Made by a program: the position numbers and the translations under genes. A model generated the notes under the pieces. The model was not told the origin of the DNA. It was given only the letters and a program-made list of their open reading frames with translations, and did no database searches. A DNA stretch of 53,067 nucleotides, filler included, from Jimgerdemannia flammicorona (taxonomy: Eukaryota): the NCBI GenBank assembly GCA_003990765.1. It is 3 parts of 3 records of this genome, joined end to end, with 100 filler letters (N's around TTAATTAATTAA, not from the genome) between each part and the next. Parts side by side here need not be neighbours in the genome. Positions count along the whole stretch, not along the records: positions 35,454 to 53,067 come from RBNJ01002469.1; 2 more parts are not named here. The stretch is one strand, 5' to 3'. Below, one piece after another: positions 48,854 to 53,067 of this stretch (its first letter is position 1; each line of letters opens with the position of its first letter).

Positions 48854-51255
48854 TGTGACGTACACAATTGACAATGGAGTACTGGTGACTGCTAAGGTCA
48901 GACGACATAATGGCGTAACAATCAAATAGACAGCCTGACCCATTAGGTGATCATCCCAAAGAAGACAAGATGATCCGAGCCAAAATGAAGACCACGTTAT
49001 TTAAGGAACCATACCCCACTTCAGGGATCGGCACCAAAGAACCAAGTACCCACCACACAATGCCTCCCACTCGCTGAACCAACCAGACCTCCCGCTGCTC
49101 TACCCCTCTGCCTGGCCCAAAGACCCTGATCTTTGAAGCTATCAAGAAGGCCATTTGGCACCCAGATACTTCCGAACACTTGAACTTCTACACCGAGGAC
49201 CTTGGACACTTCATTAACTACTGGTATATAATGACCCAACAGCTCAAAGACACTACCGAACGAATGACCCTCTGGCATGACTATGAAATCGGACACTGCC
49301 TTCGCAATGAGACTCAAGAAGATGACCGGGAAGGCCTCATTACCGAATTGATAACCACTAGCCGGCTAATCAAGAGAGCCCTCCGTGTCCACCAAATCTT
49401 CCACCATATTCCCTGGGCCATAGCACACTTATAAGGAGTAACGACTGGCAGCCTTTCTCGCCTTTCAACTGAAGATGCTGACTGGATAGAATCTGAAGTA
49501 GCCAACTCTATTGGCAGCAACCATGTCGCTGTAGGAAGTCAACAAACCGAACCTACTCAACCAGGTTTCCATACCACCCCACTCCGAGACAACCATCAAG
49601 GTCACCTAATGAGCCTTATGGAGATGTTTGAAGGACCACCCATTACTATAGAAGCACCTGTTGGAGCTACCCCTACCACCCACCACCCTGTCAGCTACAA
49701 TTCACATCTCATCATTTGGGAACCGAATCAAGAAGAAGCCCAAGAGGTCCCTGTCTTTAAAGAGGAAGCCCAAGAACTCCAAGACCCTGCCCCTGAAGAA
49801 ACCCCCTCTGACACCGAAACTGACAAGCCTTCAGAAGAAGAAGAGGAGCAACAGAGAGTCTACTAGTCCTCTGTCCGCATTCAAGCTGTTCAAGGGTTGG
49901 AGAATGTTGTTGAAGATGACTGGCCACTTTTCTACCCCCTCACCTCTTGGCCGGCACTTCCCCCTTTTGAGGAGAGGTATGATGAAGAAGAAATCTTAAC
50001 CCAGCAAGATTTGCCTGCCGCAGACAAAGGGTACTATTTCCTCTAGAACCACCACCTGTCAGCCATGAGAATTGTGTAGCCTTCATGTCAGCAAGTCTGA
50101 ATCCAGCATTACCACCCACAACATCCATATCCAGCACTAGCACTCATCTTATTCCTATTCGGCGCAAACAATTGTCACACCCATTTCCAGCGTTGCTATC
50201 CAGTGCCACCGTTTTCAGCGTTTTGTCAGTAAGTCCGAATCCAGCGTTACCACCCACAACATCCATATCCAGCACTGCTATCCCCTACAACCCAATCCGT
50301 AGTAAACAATAGCCTGCACCTCGCATCATGCAAACCAATAGCATAAGTTCGCCACAACGTAGTATACTTTAACCTTAGCTGCACCCATAGCTAGCAAACT
50401 TGTATAAATAACCCATATTCTTAGAGTGAATAAACCTCAGTCAACTGGTTTTGAGAAATAACCACTGCCTCCAAGAGACCAGATAAATTCTGAGAACAAG
50501 ATAACTAGAGCAATGATCGCTTGAGGTTTGAGTTAAAGAATTTTCTCTTGCTACGGAAAGAAAGAAAACATTACCCGACCACCGCCATTCGACCACCGCC
50601 ATTCGAGACCCAAGTTACCCAGCCAAGGATTCAAGACCACGGACCGCCCGCCAATTTTGCTGCCATGAAAAGGATTCAAGACCACAGACTGCCCGCAATT
50701 CAGTCAGTTTGTGTTTAAAGAAAACGTTACCCGACTGCCACCATTCAGACCGCTATTCGGACCGTGCAATTCGACCGCCATTCGAGGTTCAAGACCCGGA
50801 AACCCAAGGATACCCAGCCAAAGGATACAAGACAGCTGCCAAAGACCCGAATGACTGCCAGGAACCTAACAAGTTAAGACGGACGAGCAAGCCGTCAACC
50901 TCCGTTTTTCCAAGCTACTGCGCCACGAACCGCTTAAAGTCAAGACCATCGCCCACTTTAATTGACCGCATAACGAGCAAGCCCGTCGTCGCCGAGTTTG
51001 CCGCCAAGTTAATCACTGCCAGGAAACTTAGCCAGCACAATCAAACGACCTCATCCACTAAACAATTGAGCCACCATCGTTGAACAATGGAAGTCCTGCT
51101 ATTCTATTATCAATTGCCGCATGAATCGAACGACCTGTCACGTGACCATCGACCTGCGAACGTCACCAACGCACTCAGTTATACATCGCGTGCTTCACCA
51201 AGTGGCATACATTGAGCCGTGCAGTCAAAGTTCATTATACATAACCAATGCCACA
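48854..51255 (+). mobile_element. 2.4-kb solo LTR (Gypsy-type) with an ORF in U3
   Basis: TGTGACG...TGCCACA ends with 4-bp TSD ATAT. Core GCAAACTTGTATAAATAACCC...GTGAATAAACCTCAG (~50394-50440) is nearly identical to the TATA/poly(A) core of the 454-bp LTR. ~52-bp duplication at ~50087/~50226. Confidence 0.88.
49060..50079 (+). pseudogene. U3-encoded ORF3-family protein with acidic C-terminus
   Basis: Single frame from ATG 49060: WHDYEIGHCL...RALRVHQIFHHIPWAIAHL*GVT...PLRDNHQGHLMSLMEMFEGPP...HLIIWEP. Stops are revertible C-to-T changes. True end uncertain (49866, 50046 or 50079). Confidence 0.8.
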
Positions 51256-51559
51256 ATATACTGACTTCATTGTATATTCCTTCTTATACTCTGATATAAC
51301 TGGTTGTTTTTCTTTTTTTAGTATTTCTCTATAAGTTTTAAATTGTTTTCAGGTTCTGTTGATAATTATTTATATCTATTCTTCTAGATATTGAGGCATC
51401 TTTCACTATCTCAGATAGATAATAATTCTATAGTAAAGTTCTTTATTTATTTTAGTTTTACTGATTATAAGTTCTTTAAGATATCTGTAAGAGTATATCT
51501 ATATTTGTATTGGTTCTTTCTGAGTAGTACATAATGGTTATTTTATAAACTTGTAGCTT

Positions 51560-52530
51560 TATGATCTATCTAACAAATATTTCTTTAATGTTACTTATAG
51601 TTAACAACTAGATGAGAGCTGCTAATTTCTCTATCTTAGTTTAGAGAAACTATCAGTAACTACTCTCAATTAATCCAGATTTATCAAGAAAACCTCACTA
51701 TAGCCCATTGACTCCTAGAAATCTACTAGCTATAGATATATTATACTATTAGAAAATAACTATATGTAAGATCTCTCAATCTCTGAGTATATCTATATCA
51801 GATACATATCTCACAGATCTCATCTGAAGAAATACTATTACAGTAGATAGACTCTATATATATTATCTATAAGTGAAATGTAGAAGTATTAATCTAGGTC
51901 TAATTTTACTTTAGAGATATCTCTATTATCTATCTGAGTATTATCTATTATATTGAGATACTATTCTCTAAAGAAGAAAAGAAGTCTTTAGAATAGAGTA
52001 GCTCTAAAACCAAAAAAGATAATAAAATAGAAGCTAATGTAGAATATGTTTACTCATATTAGAATAATGACTAAAGGATAGTCTGGAATAGACTACTCTT
52101 TAGTAGGGGCTGATATAATAAGCTAGCAGAGTAATATACCAAGTTATCATCCAAATTAGTTACTATAATTTAGTTATATACTATATCAGATGTACTAGAT
52201 AACCAAGGCTGCTCTACTGTACCAATCTGTATAAATAACTCAGATAGCCAAATAAGAGCACAAAGTATTTCTAGCTGATATGCTATATCAGAATTTGAGA
52301 TTTATATGTATTCCCAAAAGAAATAGCTAAATATTATCAGAAATAGCAATCTATAGTTAGCTATATAATAATTAGATAGTAATTACAACTATATAAAATA
52401 CCCCAGAGATAAAGGTGAATAAACCTCAGTCTAAAAAGTTTAAAAGCAAAAGTCAATTATCTGATATACTTAGGAGAAATATTTGCTAAAAGTCACTTGA
52501 TTCAGAAAGAATTATAATACTTAAGAGATA
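51560..52530 (+). mobile_element. Eroded ORF3 + PPT + 3' LTR (LTR from 52111) of the 32479-35353 family
   Basis: Reverse-complement homology to ~32479-33430. AGTAGGGGC|TGATATAATA junction and GAATAAACCTCAG core. Confidence 0.82.
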
Positions 52531-52885
52531 TATCTACTAATGAGCTATTGCCAAGAAGTTGTAAGCTTTGCCTTATTCCCACTCTGGTCCACTTTTCAAT
52601 ATAAAGAAGTTCTCCATTTTCAAGTAACCAGGAAAGCTGCCATTTTTAAGAGAAGTTTGCTAATTCAAAAAGGTTCTGTATTACCTACCATCCTAGGAAG
52701 ATTTCTGCACTACTCAGAAAATTGCCACCAAATAAGAAAATCACTAAAATCATCCATTATGCAAACAAGAGAATTTACTCAAGAATCCAGTGTTGTCTTT
52801 ATATCACTAAACACCAACAAGGATACCAGAAACCATTGAACATTTTGTTGCTTTTTGACAAAGTAACTGGGGGCTCAAGCCAATT

Positions 52886-52990
52886 TACATAGCAGCCCCA
52901 ACCTTGTAATCTGCCTCCATTGAGCTGGCACATTATACTACATAGCAGCCCCAACCTTATGATTTGCCTTCATTAATCTGGCATGTTACA
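52886..52990. repeat. 53-bp tandem duplication
   Basis: tacatagcagccccaacctt at 52886 and 52939. Confidence 0.75.
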
Positions 52991-53067
52991 ACATGCTCAT
53001 TTCACCCCACAGATGACTCGAAGTTACTGTTTAGCATCTTCGAATCCAAAAAAAAAAAAAAAAAAAA

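Larger units (their letters stand above)
47615..51545 (-). mobile_element. Eroded Gypsy fragment (RH end, IN, start of ORF3) related to 2198-8859, split by a solo LTR
   Basis: Collinear with ~2920-4450. ORF3 part reads IQNIIQIYLSCISHFRVYQNCAKFQEYFKLRQLL. Removing 48854-51255 and one ATAT restores the IN zinc-domain sequence. Confidence 0.88.

Overview
Repeat-rich eukaryotic DNA, most likely fungal; an early-diverging, Mucoromycota-like fungus is my inference from gene and transposon content. The window is three unrelated contigs (1-17633, 17734-35353, 35454-53067) joined by artificial N44-TTAATTAATTAA-N44 linkers. Most of it is decayed transposons: a full-length Ty3/Gypsy LTR element carrying a dUTPase and an extra ORF3, a full-length L1/Tx1-like LINE with TSD, a Copia relic, an Ngaro/DIRS-type element, a hAT transposon, four palindromic hAT MITEs, several Gypsy fragments and two large solo LTRs. 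Host sequence includes an apparently intact 3-exon 7-TM gene and pseudogenes of zf-C3HC (Rsm1/Pml39/NIPA), MATH-BTB and probably a P-loop NTPase. The best novelty candidate is a protein family I do not recognise. It is encoded as ORF3 between integrase and the 3' LTR in some Gypsy elements, and as a longer version entirely inside U3 of the 1.5-kb and 2.4-kb solo LTRs. Repeats show strong C-to-T erosion at CpG and CpA that host genes lack. All calls come from manual reading and translation, with no database searches.
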